A stretch of 64,000 nt of DNA, taken from positions 288,001-352,000 of the forward strand of contig CP009479.1 of assembly GCA_000965745.1 (NCBI GenBank), written 5' to 3'. This DNA comes from an uncultured archaeon (GTDB lineage: Archaea; Thermoplasmatota; Thermoplasmata; Thermoplasmatales; Thermoplasmataceae). This document shows, piece after piece, positions 10,283 to 19,408 of the stretch. Position 1 is the stretch's first letter. Every line of letters starts with the position of its first letter. The notes below the pieces were generated by a model that saw only the letters and a list, made by a program, of their open reading frames with translations, had not been told where the DNA came from and searched no databases. A program made the translations under genes and the position numbers.

Positions 10283-10744
10283 TTATGAGGTTTCGGATGC
10301 TTCCACGGCTTCCGGGACCTCTTCGTATTCTTCTTCATATCTTCTAGGGCTCAAAATAGATCCGCCTATGAACCCTCCAATCGCCGGCACCACTATTGCA
10401 CTTACTGCAAGTGCCTTGATGAGCACGACCGGCTGCATTGCCATTGCAGCCTGGAGTTTTCCCATTACATCGGTTACGAGCTGGTTTGATCCAATAAATG
10501 CGGTGTAGGTGGTCAGAACAGACGGGGATACAAGGATGCTCAGAGCTATTACTATACCCGACACTACTGCCCCGGACACGATAGCCGAAACCGTTCCCCT
10601 GAGGGAGCCTCTTGCCACCAGGCCTGCAACAAGCCCGGCGACAATCCAGCCATAGACGGGGAGCCAGCCAAGAACTATGAAAGTGAGTATTCCTGCCGCT
10701 ATTGAGGCTCCTGCACTCCCATATTCAAGATCTGATGATGGCAT
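10283..10744 (-). CDS. Gly-rich multi-pass membrane protein
   Basis: Four hydrophobic helices with GxxxG repeats and an acidic tail. Confidence 0.7.
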   Translation of the reverse strand: MPSSDLEYGSAGASIAAGILTFIVLGWLPVYGWIVAGLVAGLVARGSLRGTVSAIVSGAVVSGIVIALSILVSPSVLTTYTAFIGSNQLVTDVMGKLQAAMAMQPVVLIKALAVSAIVVPAIGGFIGGSILSPRRYEEEYEEVPEAVEASETS

Positions 10745-10956
10745 GTGAATCCGTGGCAATTACTATGTAAATGTATATATTATTTTGCATGTTATGCATA
10801 ATTTTCAGTAAAGTACAAAGTTCAATACGAAAATAAATTGCACAAATTGCCGTTTCCGGAAGAAGTATAATCTGTTTCTTTGCGCAATGTTGCGGATTTC
10901 TTCCCCCGATTGCGCCTTCCCGTAAAGTTCCGCAGGTGCCTGAAGAAAAAGGATGG

Positions 10957-12147
10957 CTACCTGAACTGCTTACCGTCGTGGAAGACATGGGCAATGTGCC
11001 CGGGTGACGCGTCCTCTATATTCCTGTCGGGTTTGCCCTTGATCACCAGAATGTCGGCAACTTTACCCTTCCTGAGCCGCCCTGTTTCCGGCAGACCGAG
11101 GCAGTCCGCGGCAACAGATGTTCCAGATTTCAGCGCCTCCAGGCTCCCCAGGTGTTCTGCAAGAAGCTTCATCTCCGTATAGTTCATGCCATGCGGGCTT
11201 TCCCCTGCACCCACAAAATCTGTTCCCGCAGCTATCTTCAATTTGTGCTCCCTTGCTATCTCCATCTCCTCGCCGAGGTGCCTCGCTATCACCTCTGACC
11301 TCCTTGTGCCTTCAGCAGGCTTGTGTATGGAGTATACGCTCAGGGTGGGAACGTAGTAGATCCCCTTGGACCTGATCAGCTTCGCAGTTTCGCCGGTGAG
11401 CTCCAGGCCATGCTCTATGGAGTCTATGCCTGCTTCAACCACGTTCCTGATGGCCTGCTCACCGTATGCATGGGCCGTTGCCTTCACGTGTGACCGATGG
11501 GCTTCATCAGCAATGGCAGTGAGCTCTTCCACCGTAAGGTGGGGTTTCCACTGCCCATCGTGGCTCATTGTCCCGGAAGCGTAGACCTTGATAGCTTCCG
11601 CCCCGTCCCTCATGCAGAGCCTTACTGCCTTACGGCATTCCCATGGTGAATCGCAGTAATACGAGTATGATAGTTCGTGTGCCATGTGAATGGGCAGAAT
11701 CTTGTAGTCATCGTTTCCGCCCGTCTGGGCCAGGGATTTTGCTGCGGAGATCACCCTCGGGCCCTTTATCTCTCCGGCCCTCTCAGCCTTGCTTATGTGC
11801 GTTCCAACCTTGCTTCCGAGGTCACGCACAGCTGTGAAGCCTGATGAGAGGAGGTTCCACATGTCTGTTACGCTCCTGATGGCCACGGTCGCATCGGGAG
11901 TAACATTCCATTCCGCGAGATCGAGCGTCTTTGACCCGAAAAAGTGCATGTGCACATCGATGAACCCAGGCGTTATGGTGCTTCCTTCGACCTCTACCAC
12001 CCTGGCGTTGCGCGGCTCTTCGATGCTGCCCCTCTCTCCGGCACCTGTGATGAGGCCTGACTCTACATCGAACGCCAGAACGCCTTTTTCAATGATTTCC
12101 TCGCCATCGAACAACCTTCCCCTGATAACAACTGCCTCTCCCGCCAT
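10957..12147 (-). CDS. Amidohydrolase family protein (Xaa-Pro dipeptidase-like)
   Basis: PGFIDVHMH, AHAYG, SIEHG, AGTD, GKVADILV. Confidence 0.88.
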   Translation of the reverse strand: MAGEAVVIRGRLFDGEEIIEKGVLAFDVESGLITGAGERGSIEEPRNARVVEVEGSTITPGFIDVHMHFFGSKTLDLAEWNVTPDATVAIRSVTDMWNLLSSGFTAVRDLGSKVGTHISKAERAGEIKGPRVISAAKSLAQTGGNDDYKILPIHMAHELSYSYYCDSPWECRKAVRLCMRDGAEAIKVYASGTMSHDGQWKPHLTVEELTAIADEAHRSHVKATAHAYGEQAIRNVVEAGIDSIEHGLELTGETAKLIRSKGIYYVPTLSVYSIHKPAEGTRRSEVIARHLGEEMEIAREHKLKIAAGTDFVGAGESPHGMNYTEMKLLAEHLGSLEALKSGTSVAADCLGLPETGRLRKGKVADILVIKGKPDRNIEDASPGHIAHVFHDGKQFR

Positions 12148-12287
12148 GGTGATTCAACTGCACGAACATAGATAAATTATTGGTGGCTTTGGAGGGATAT
12201 ACGCATTTCCGGCAGTCTCAGCCTGCCTTAAGGGGAATCCGGGAAGAAATAACAAAGTTAAATAAATTCAAGTTTCTAGTAATCTGC

Positions 12288-13469
12288 TTGCTCTCTACTG
12301 TTCTCTATCAATTTCTTGTCATTCTTGCATCTGCTGTCATCATGGGGGAGTTTTTCCGCCAGATAGGTTTTTCATCCGTTGCCGGCGAGCTTATCAGCGG
12401 AATCATAGTAGGGCCTTCCGCACTGGGGCTCGTGAACAACCCCCAGGAACTGAGCCCGCTAGCCTTCGTCGCCCTTTTCTTCATCATCTACCAGCTTGGA
12501 TTCAACGCAAAGACAGAGAAGCTGAAGAGATACGTTGTCAAGGGGATGACAGTAACGGTAAGCGCTTTTGCTGCCCCCTTCGTGATTGTCCTGATTATCT
12601 CGCGGAGCATATTCGGATTCGGGGCAGTGGAGGACTTCGTGCTTGCCCTGGCTGTTTCCGTTCCTTCCATATCAGTAGTCTCGGTCCTTGTAAGGGACGC
12701 AGGCATAGAGGACAGGGAGAGCGGCCACGTAATACTGGCGGGAATCGTCATCGTTGACGTGCTGGCGTTCATACTTCTCGCAGCGCTCACCAGGACGATC
12801 ACGGATACACTCAGGATAGTCCTGTTCACGGCCATCTTCATCGCCGCCTTCCTCATCCTCGATTATTTCATTTCACGGAATCTCGCTGGCACAAGAAAGC
12901 TCTTCAGGGGAGCTGCAAGGGTGATAAAAGGCGAGGAGCTGGCCTATGCGACGCTGATCCTCACCGGGCTTGTGGTGTCAGAGCTGTTCCAGATAATGGG
13001 GCTGGTATATGTTCTAGGCGCTTTCTTCGCAGCCCTGATCGTTCACGATGAGGTCATTGGTGTGCGTCTCTTTGAGAAGGTTTCAAAAACTGTCAACAGC
13101 ATGAACAAGGCGTTCTTTGCCCCCTTCTTCTTCGGCTATGCCGGCTCCGAAGTGATACTCTGGGAAAACAGTTACTTCAACATTTTCAGCATAATTCTTC
13201 TTTCCCTGTTCGTAGTGGGAATATCCATCGTGTTCACCTATTTCCTCTCCGGAAGGTACTTCGGAGACGACCCGAACGGAAGGCGCAGCGTTTCAGTCAT
13301 AATGGCGGGAAAAGGCTCTGTCGGGATAATAATTGCAAATGTCGCCCTTGACGCGGGAATAATATCCTATGGAGCAAACTCGCTAATCATACTCTCCACC
13401 ATAGTGGGGTCGCTTGCAGTGACTCTTCTCCTGAGAGGGCACAGGGAAGAGGCTGCAATGATCGGGTAG
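12288..13469 (+). CDS. Cation:proton antiporter (CPA2/KefB-like)
   Basis: GELISGIIVGP, GIVIVDV, ~12 TM helices; start estimated at TTG 12288. Confidence 0.82.
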   Translation: MLSTVLYQFLVILASAVIMGEFFRQIGFSSVAGELISGIIVGPSALGLVNNPQELSPLAFVALFFIIYQLGFNAKTEKLKRYVVKGMTVTVSAFAAPFVIVLIISRSIFGFGAVEDFVLALAVSVPSISVVSVLVRDAGIEDRESGHVILAGIVIVDVLAFILLAALTRTITDTLRIVLFTAIFIAAFLILDYFISRNLAGTRKLFRGAARVIKGEELAYATLILTGLVVSELFQIMGLVYVLGAFFAALIVHDEVIGVRLFEKVSKTVNSMNKAFFAPFFFGYAGSEVILWENSYFNIFSIILLSLFVVGISIVFTYFLSGRYFGDDPNGRRSVSVIMAGKGSVGIIIANVALDAGIISYGANSLIILSTIVGSLAVTLLLRGHREEAAMIG

Positions 13470-13470
13470 G

Positions 13471-14427
13471 TCAGGTCTCAGCCTCCGAGCCAAGGCCAAG
13501 TTTCTGGGCTTTCCTGACGTTAACGAAGTATGAAAGTATTCCGATTATTGCCACGGACCCAATGACAAGGAAGAATCCGAGGCCCAGTTCATGCAGGTTC
13601 GGGATGCCGAGCGGAGTCACTATCGAGTAATTGTTGATCTGCGGGTATGCAAGCACCAGTGCACCGCCGGAGACGAATGCAAGGCCGCCGTATGAGAGAA
13701 CGGAAGAACTCATGCCCCTGGCAACGAATTCTATGCCCTGCCTGCTGAGGCCCTTCACGGATGAAAGCCACCTTCCGAAGCCGGATCCGAGTATGATCTG
13801 CATGGTCATGGTCCCGAGGCCGAACAGGGCACCGGGGAGGAAGGCAACGTAGGGCGATGGCATGCTCGGGGCAATGAAGACGTAGATAAATATGGAGAAG
13901 ACTCCCATGCCGAATCCCGCTATGAGCCCATGGACAAAGGCAAGCCTGTTCGGGACCTTCCTGTAGTAGGGCGATGCATCCGTTGACTCAAGAGGGTTGA
14001 TCCTGTGCTCGAATTCCAGCTTCTGGTCCGGGCTTCCCTTTCTGTGGACTCCGAAGAGGTAGCCAAGCTTTTCCTCTATGAAGTGGAAATGCGGGTACTT
14101 GAGCTTTTTCATGATGTAAAGGCCAGACACGGTCATGACCGAACCGACTATGATGTAGACTATACCGAGGCTCTCGTTCGTGAAGAGGAAACTCGCCAGT
14201 GCAAAAAACGCCAGTTCCGAAACGAATGCGCTCTGGAGCGTGAACCCTGATGAGAAGATGAAGCCTGCCTTCGCACCCTTCCTGGAGCTGTAGTTGCCTA
14301 TGGCATAGGAAAAAGTTATTGGCCAGGTGTGCTCATCCGGGGTTATTCCATGGACTATCCCTATAACGTATGCAGCGAGCAGGGAGAGCAGAAAGCCTGA
14401 TACTTCCAGGCCGAGAAAATCTATCAT
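13471..14427 (-). CDS. NicO/HoxN-like transition-metal transporter
   Basis: GIVHGITPDEHTWP and HGLIAGFG His motifs; multiple TM helices; downstream of the DtxR gene. Confidence 0.65.
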   Translation of the reverse strand: MIDFLGLEVSGFLLSLLAAYVIGIVHGITPDEHTWPITFSYAIGNYSSRKGAKAGFIFSSGFTLQSAFVSELAFFALASFLFTNESLGIVYIIVGSVMTVSGLYIMKKLKYPHFHFIEEKLGYLFGVHRKGSPDQKLEFEHRINPLESTDASPYYRKVPNRLAFVHGLIAGFGMGVFSIFIYVFIAPSMPSPYVAFLPGALFGLGTMTMQIILGSGFGRWLSSVKGLSRQGIEFVARGMSSSVLSYGGLAFVSGGALVLAYPQINNYSIVTPLGIPNLHELGLGFFLVIGSVAIIGILSYFVNVRKAQKLGLGSEAET

Positions 14428-14429
14428 TT

Positions 14430-14852
14430 CTATTGCCTCTCCTCAAGCTCTATGGCTTCACCGTGCGGGCACATCTTTGGGCTTCCAATGGATTTTGACA
14501 CCTTGCTTGCCGATGACACAGGTATAAGGTAATCGAACTTCTCTACCTCCTCGCACGCATTGTCAGTTGGAACCCCTGATGTTACGAAAAGGGTCTCCAT
14601 TACCCTGTGGATGAAAAGCAGCGAGGATACGGTGGCTTCCCCTTCCTTCGTGAGGAGAACCATTCCCTTCTTTCTCTCCACCATTGATTTTTCCTCGAGC
14701 CTTTCAATAATATTGAGGGCGGTCGGAGCTTTTATCCCCATATCCCTTGATATTTCCGACAGCCTCGCGGGAAATTCCCCATCCTGAAGCCTGGAAAGGA
14801 CCAGAAGGCAGTCTCTTTCCTTCTTTGTGACTTCATTAGTATTAATGGTCAT
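14430..14852 (-). CDS. DtxR/MntR family metal-dependent repressor
   Basis: wHTH; HRVMETLF, ACEE..KFD, CPHG. Confidence 0.88.
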   Translation of the reverse strand: MTINTNEVTKKERDCLLVLSRLQDGEFPARLSEISRDMGIKAPTALNIIERLEEKSMVERKKGMVLLTKEGEATVSSLLFIHRVMETLFVTSGVPTDNACEEVEKFDYLIPVSSASKVSKSIGSPKMCPHGEAIELEERQ

Positions 14853-14854
14853 AC

Positions 14855-14871
14855 GTTAGTATGGTACTAAC
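14855..14871. promoter_or_regulatory. Palindromic DtxR-type operator
   Basis: GTTAGTA-TGG-TACTAAC perfect inverted repeat between a TATA-like TTAAATAT and the dtxR start. Confidence 0.7.
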
Positions 14872-14907
14872 ATATTTAAGTGTTGTTAATAAAATAAAGA
14901 AATGAAA

Positions 14908-16122
14908 TCACTCATCGGTCGCCGCGTCCCCTTTATCGTCCGGATTCCGGGTAATTTCCCTGAAATGCGTTGCAAGATAAAGGAAGATGAGCGACAGGGC
15001 CACAATAATGCTCAGTGTGACTGTTGTCCTGAGAAGGGATGCCTCGGTGAGAGTCAGGGTTACGAGGATTCCGCCCGAAACACCGCCAATGAACTGCCCG
15101 GAAAACTGCATTGTGTTGTATATGCCTATGTTTGCCCCGTAGCTGTCCCTCTTTGATATCCTCGATATCAGCGGATAGAAGACTATCTCGTATATGGAGA
15201 ATCCCGAGAAGAAGACTATGGCGCCGACGAAGAACCAGTTCCTGTTGCCTGTGTAGTGGGGGGCCAGGAAGACGAGTGGTACGCTTACGAGCATTACCGC
15301 CAGTGATATGACGGAGAACATGGTGGTCTTGCCACGGTCAGCGAACCCTGAGGACCCGACTGCAACGATTCCGCCGATGATTACAGGCCAGAGAAGGAGG
15401 AGATCATACCCATGGGTGCCGTAGGCGCTGGTGCCGTAAAGTGGAAGGTAGTAGAAGAATACAATCATGTAGAGGGAGATCAGGAAACCGACAGCCCCAA
15501 CAAGGATTGCCCTTCCCTGGATCCTTCCTGCGGACCTCCTCTCCTTCGCAGTCATCTCAGGTTTCCTGTATTTTACCCTCATCATCGGGAATATCCCGGC
15601 GATTCCGAGTATCCCGGACAGCAGGAAGAGGAATGAGGGGCCGAATATTCCCGACAGGTACGGGCCGAGCACAAGGCCGACCATGAAGGAGAACCCTATT
15701 GGGATTCCGAGAATTGCCATCGCGATGTTCCTCCTGTTCTGGGGGACGCTCTCCTGAACCATTGCCATCCCGGATGAAGTCACCGCTCCGGCACCTGCAA
15801 CGAGCCTTCCTATGATCAGCCCGTATATGTTGAACGGATGCCACGCAATGAGATTCCCTATGATGTAGGGTATCATCCCCAGAATGATCACATTCTTCCT
15901 GCCGAACCTGTCTGAAAGTATGCCGAAGGGTGCCTGGAAAAGTGCCATGGTAAGGCCATAGGCACCAAGCGCAATACCGATGAGAATAGAAGAGTCAGTG
16001 TATATTTTCCCATAGAGTGTGAAAACAGGAACAACAAGGAATATTCCAAACATCCTCAGAACTTCAATCACCGCTACTGCGGAAATCATCTGCTTCTGAT
16101 TTCTGTCAAATGCCCTCATCAT
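14908..16122 (-). CDS. MFS transporter (YajR-like)
   Basis: LRMFGIFLVVPVF, GILSDRFGRK (motif A), ~12 TM helices. Confidence 0.88.
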   Translation of the reverse strand: MMRAFDRNQKQMISAVAVIEVLRMFGIFLVVPVFTLYGKIYTDSSILIGIALGAYGLTMALFQAPFGILSDRFGRKNVIILGMIPYIIGNLIAWHPFNIYGLIIGRLVAGAGAVTSSGMAMVQESVPQNRRNIAMAILGIPIGFSFMVGLVLGPYLSGIFGPSFLFLLSGILGIAGIFPMMRVKYRKPEMTAKERRSAGRIQGRAILVGAVGFLISLYMIVFFYYLPLYGTSAYGTHGYDLLLLWPVIIGGIVAVGSSGFADRGKTTMFSVISLAVMLVSVPLVFLAPHYTGNRNWFFVGAIVFFSGFSIYEIVFYPLISRISKRDSYGANIGIYNTMQFSGQFIGGVSGGILVTLTLTEASLLRTTVTLSIIVALSLIFLYLATHFREITRNPDDKGDAATDE

Positions 16123-16250
16123 TGAGAACTACCACTCCGGAATGGCACATTTCTATTAAACGGTTAGTTTCAGGTTAATAAAATCGCAGAGTCCCCATGG
16201 TTCATTTCAGGGCGTTCAAAAGAGCAGTGCGAGAGAATGACAGACAAAAC

Positions 16251-16260
16251 TATTTATATC
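16251..16260 (+). promoter_or_regulatory. TATA box of the ilv leader transcript
   Basis: TATTTATATC preceded by A-rich BRE-like sequence, ~25 nt before GTG 16280. Confidence 0.6.
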
Positions 16261-16279
16261 GGAGAATACTGCACTGTTA

Positions 16280-16354
16280 GTGAGTCTGACAGCAAGTACC
16301 ACGGAACTCAACTTTTCAGTCGTCGGTATTTTGCAGATTATTATTGGACTCTAA
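16280..16354 (+). CDS. Putative ilv operon leader peptide MSLTASTTELNFSVVGILQIIIGL
   Basis: 24-codon GTG..TAA ORF at the predicted TSS; codons 14-24 encode V V G I L Q I I I G L; ends 44 nt before ilvB. Confidence 0.7.
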   Translation: MSLTASTTELNFSVVGILQIIIGL

Positions 16355-16398
16355 GCACGCGGCCAAGTGTTGACGTGTGTTTCATTTGAGGTGGTTTT

Positions 16399-18111
16399 TT
16401 GAGAGGTGCCAGACTTCTTCTAGATTCTTTGGCCCGGCGTGGGGTTGACACAGTATTCGGGATACCCGGGGGTGCGAGCCTTTCCATATATGAGGAGATG
16501 TCCTCAATGGATCTGCGGCACATCCTCGGAAGGCACGAGGGCAGCACGGTGTTCATGGCAGACGGTTTTTCCAGGGTCTCCCGGAAACCGGGCGTATTCC
16601 TCGGTACATCGGGCCCTGGAGCAACCAATGCAGTCACCGGTGTAGCTACAGCCTACACCGATTCTTCCCCGGTGATATGCATAACTGGGCAGGTAGCAAC
16701 GCAGTCCATGGGCAGGGATGCATTCCAGGAGGCGGATAGCTTCAACCTCATGGTTCCGGTGACAAAGTGGAACTTCAAGCTGAAGCATGGGGCGGAAATA
16801 CCCCGGGTGATAAACAGGGCATTCAGGATTGCGACCAGCGGCAGGTTCGGCCCGGTGGCGATAGACGTTCCATCGGATGTTGTGAGCAAAGAGGTGGACG
16901 AAGCCTCGATACAATGGGCTGATGAGCCCTCATTGGCAAACAGCTCTGACCTGTCGGAACTGGCGAATGCTGTCAGCATGATAAGAAACGCTGCAAAGCC
17001 TGCAATAATCGCAGGGGGCGGCGTAAGGTGGTCCGATTCCGGAGACGTTGTAATAAGGCTCGCCGAAAAAATAGGCGCTCCGGTTGTGACCACTGTCATG
17101 GGCAAGGGTGGAATACCTGAGGACCACCCACTGGCGCTGGGGACAACGGGAATGCATGGGAGGAGATCGTCCCACTGGGTGCTCAACGAGGCGGACCTTG
17201 TAATCGCGGTCGGAACCAGGTTCAGCGACAGGACGACAGGAAAAACGAGCGGGTTCCTGCCAAACGCGAAGGTCATCCACATAGACATAGACAGGGCGGA
17301 GATAGGGAAGAACATAACCGGCGTAGTGGGCCTCGCTGGAAATTCTGCAGATGTGCTTAACGCGATCATGAGCGGCCTTGATTATCAGGCGGAGTCCAGG
17401 AGCGAGTGGGTGAAGAAGGTAAGTGAGGTGAGGACGTTCTGCCAGTGCGATTTTGACCTCCCCGGGAATCCCATAAAGCCCCAGAAGCTGATGAGTTCAC
17501 TGTCTAGGCTTCTGCCTGATGACGCCATCCTTACAACGGACGTTGGGCAGCACCAGATGTTTGCCTCGCATTTCTTCGAGACAAGGGGCAGGAGGCAGTT
17601 CATAACATCAGGCGGCCTCGGCACAATGGGCTTCGGGTTCCCTGCTGCAGTGGGGGCAAAGATAGCCGCTCCAGAAAGGAAAGTGGTGAGCATTGTCGGT
17701 GACGGGGGATTCCAGATGAGCTATTCTGAATTCATAACGGCAGTCGAGAACGAAGTGCCTGTGTTCACCGTGATAATGAACAACCAGAGCCTCGGGATGG
17801 TGAGGCAGTTCCAGAAACAGTTCTACGGGAACAGGGTATACGCCGCTGATTACCGGAGAAGCCCCGACTTCGCGAAATTCGCTGAGGCCATGGGCGGAGA
17901 GGGTGTAACAGTGGAAAAGGCAAGCGAGATAAACGAGGCCATCGCGAGGGGGCTGAAGAGCGATGTCCCCTTCATCGCGGATGTCAGGGTGGACATAAAC
18001 GAGGACATACTGCCTATGACACCGCCGTGGATGGGGCAGGAAGGCACGATTTACGGAAGATGCAAATGGAGGGACGTGAAGGTTGAGGAGCCTCAGAATA
18101 TTGGCAACTGA
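16399..18111 (+). CDS. ilvB: Acetolactate synthase large subunit
   Basis: FGIPGG, RHEG, TSGPGATN, TDVGQHQM, SGGLGTMG, GDGG TPP motif; SD GAGGTG. Confidence 0.95.
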   Translation: MRGARLLLDSLARRGVDTVFGIPGGASLSIYEEMSSMDLRHILGRHEGSTVFMADGFSRVSRKPGVFLGTSGPGATNAVTGVATAYTDSSPVICITGQVATQSMGRDAFQEADSFNLMVPVTKWNFKLKHGAEIPRVINRAFRIATSGRFGPVAIDVPSDVVSKEVDEASIQWADEPSLANSSDLSELANAVSMIRNAAKPAIIAGGGVRWSDSGDVVIRLAEKIGAPVVTTVMGKGGIPEDHPLALGTTGMHGRRSSHWVLNEADLVIAVGTRFSDRTTGKTSGFLPNAKVIHIDIDRAEIGKNITGVVGLAGNSADVLNAIMSGLDYQAESRSEWVKKVSEVRTFCQCDFDLPGNPIKPQKLMSSLSRLLPDDAILTTDVGQHQMFASHFFETRGRRQFITSGGLGTMGFGFPAAVGAKIAAPERKVVSIVGDGGFQMSYSEFITAVENEVPVFTVIMNNQSLGMVRQFQKQFYGNRVYAADYRRSPDFAKFAEAMGGEGVTVEKASEINEAIARGLKSDVPFIADVRVDINEDILPMTPPWMGQEGTIYGRCKWRDVKVEEPQNIGN

Positions 18112-18328
18112 TGAAGAGGGTACGCTGCAGAGAACAATATTTGAGTTCAGCAGGAGGAACATACCCATAGGGAGGCTGATGTACAGCCATGAGAAAGATT
18201 CGGTCACCATGCACATAGGCGTGGAGAGGGATGAGGACGTCAACAGGGTGCTGAAGCACCTGAACAGGATATACGGCGTGAGAGACGTAAGTATACTCGA
18301 GAATGAGGAAGTGAGAGAAAAATGGTAA
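18083..18328 (+). CDS. ilvH: Acetolactate synthase small regulatory (ACT) subunit
   Basis: GTLQR...FSRRNI, LKHLNRI..V ACT pattern; lies between ilvB and ilvC. Confidence 0.8.
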   Translation: MRSLRILATDEEGTLQRTIFEFSRRNIPIGRLMYSHEKDSVTMHIGVERDEDVNRVLKHLNRIYGVRDVSILENEEVREKW

Positions 18329-19332
18329 AGGCATATTATGAGAAAGACGGAGATTTGAGCACACTTGACGGTAGACAGGTATCCGTCATTGGCTATGGAA
18401 TACAGGGAAGGGCCCAGGCCCTCAACTTGAGGGATTCCGGTGTGAATGTGGAAGTTGGCCTGAGGAAAGGCGGAGCCAGCTGGAAAAAGGCTGAAGAGGA
18501 CGGTTTCAAGCCCCTGACAGTATCGGAAGCCGCAGAATTAGGCGATGTTGTCATGGTACTGATACCCGATGAGGTACAGGCCGTTGTCTACGCGTCAGAG
18601 ATCGCCCCCGGGCTGAAAAAGGGAAACACGCTTGAGTTTGCCCACGGGTTCAACGTTCATTTCAGCAAGATCGTGCCGCCCGACGGCGTGGATGTTGTCA
18701 TGGTGGCGCCGAAGGGGCCCGGACAGATGGTCAGGCGGACGTACCTCGAAGGGTTCGGCACGCCAAGCCTTGCAGCAGTGGAAAAGGACCATTCCGGCAA
18801 AGCCTGGGAAACCGCAATGGCACTTGCAAAGGGGATAGGGGCAACCAGGGCAGGCGTTATAAAGACCACCTTCAGGGAGGAAACTGAAACGGATAACTTC
18901 GGAGAACAGGTCGTCCTCTGCGGTGGAGTCTCAGAACTGATAAGGAAATCGTTCAACTATCTCACATCCGAGGGGTACCAGCCTGAGATCGTGTATTTCG
19001 AGGTTCTGCATGAGCTGAAGCTAATCGTGGACCTGATCCAGGCAGGAGGACTTGAGAATATGTGGAACAATGTCAGCAACACTGCAGAATATGGCGGGAG
19101 AACAAGAGGTCCTGTTGTTGTCGACAGCGGAACAGAGGAGAAGATGAAGAAGATCCTCGCCGACATAAGAAGCGGCGCTTTCGCAGAGGAGTGGATGTCC
19201 GAGGTCGCAAAAGGGGTTCCAAACCTCGACGGCATGAGGAAAAAGGGCTCTGATGAAACCATTGAGAAAGTGGGAAAGGAGCTCAGGAGCATGTTCGTCA
19301 AGGGCGAGGAAGCTACTTCTGCAGCGAGATAA
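18322..19332 (+). CDS. ilvC: Ketol-acid reductoisomerase
   Basis: [35 protein letters not shown]. Confidence 0.97.
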   Translation: MVKAYYEKDGDLSTLDGRQVSVIGYGIQGRAQALNLRDSGVNVEVGLRKGGASWKKAEEDGFKPLTVSEAAELGDVVMVLIPDEVQAVVYASEIAPGLKKGNTLEFAHGFNVHFSKIVPPDGVDVVMVAPKGPGQMVRRTYLEGFGTPSLAAVEKDHSGKAWETAMALAKGIGATRAGVIKTTFREETETDNFGEQVVLCGGVSELIRKSFNYLTSEGYQPEIVYFEVLHELKLIVDLIQAGGLENMWNNVSNTAEYGGRTRGPVVVDSGTEEKMKKILADIRSGAFAEEWMSEVAKGVPNLDGMRKKGSDETIEKVGKELRSMFVKGEEATSAAR

Positions 19333-19408
19333 GCTTCAGGAGGCCTCCAACCCATTTTTTCCAGCGGTTCAACAATAACTGTGCATTTTTCGGATGACCA
19401 GAGCAGGG

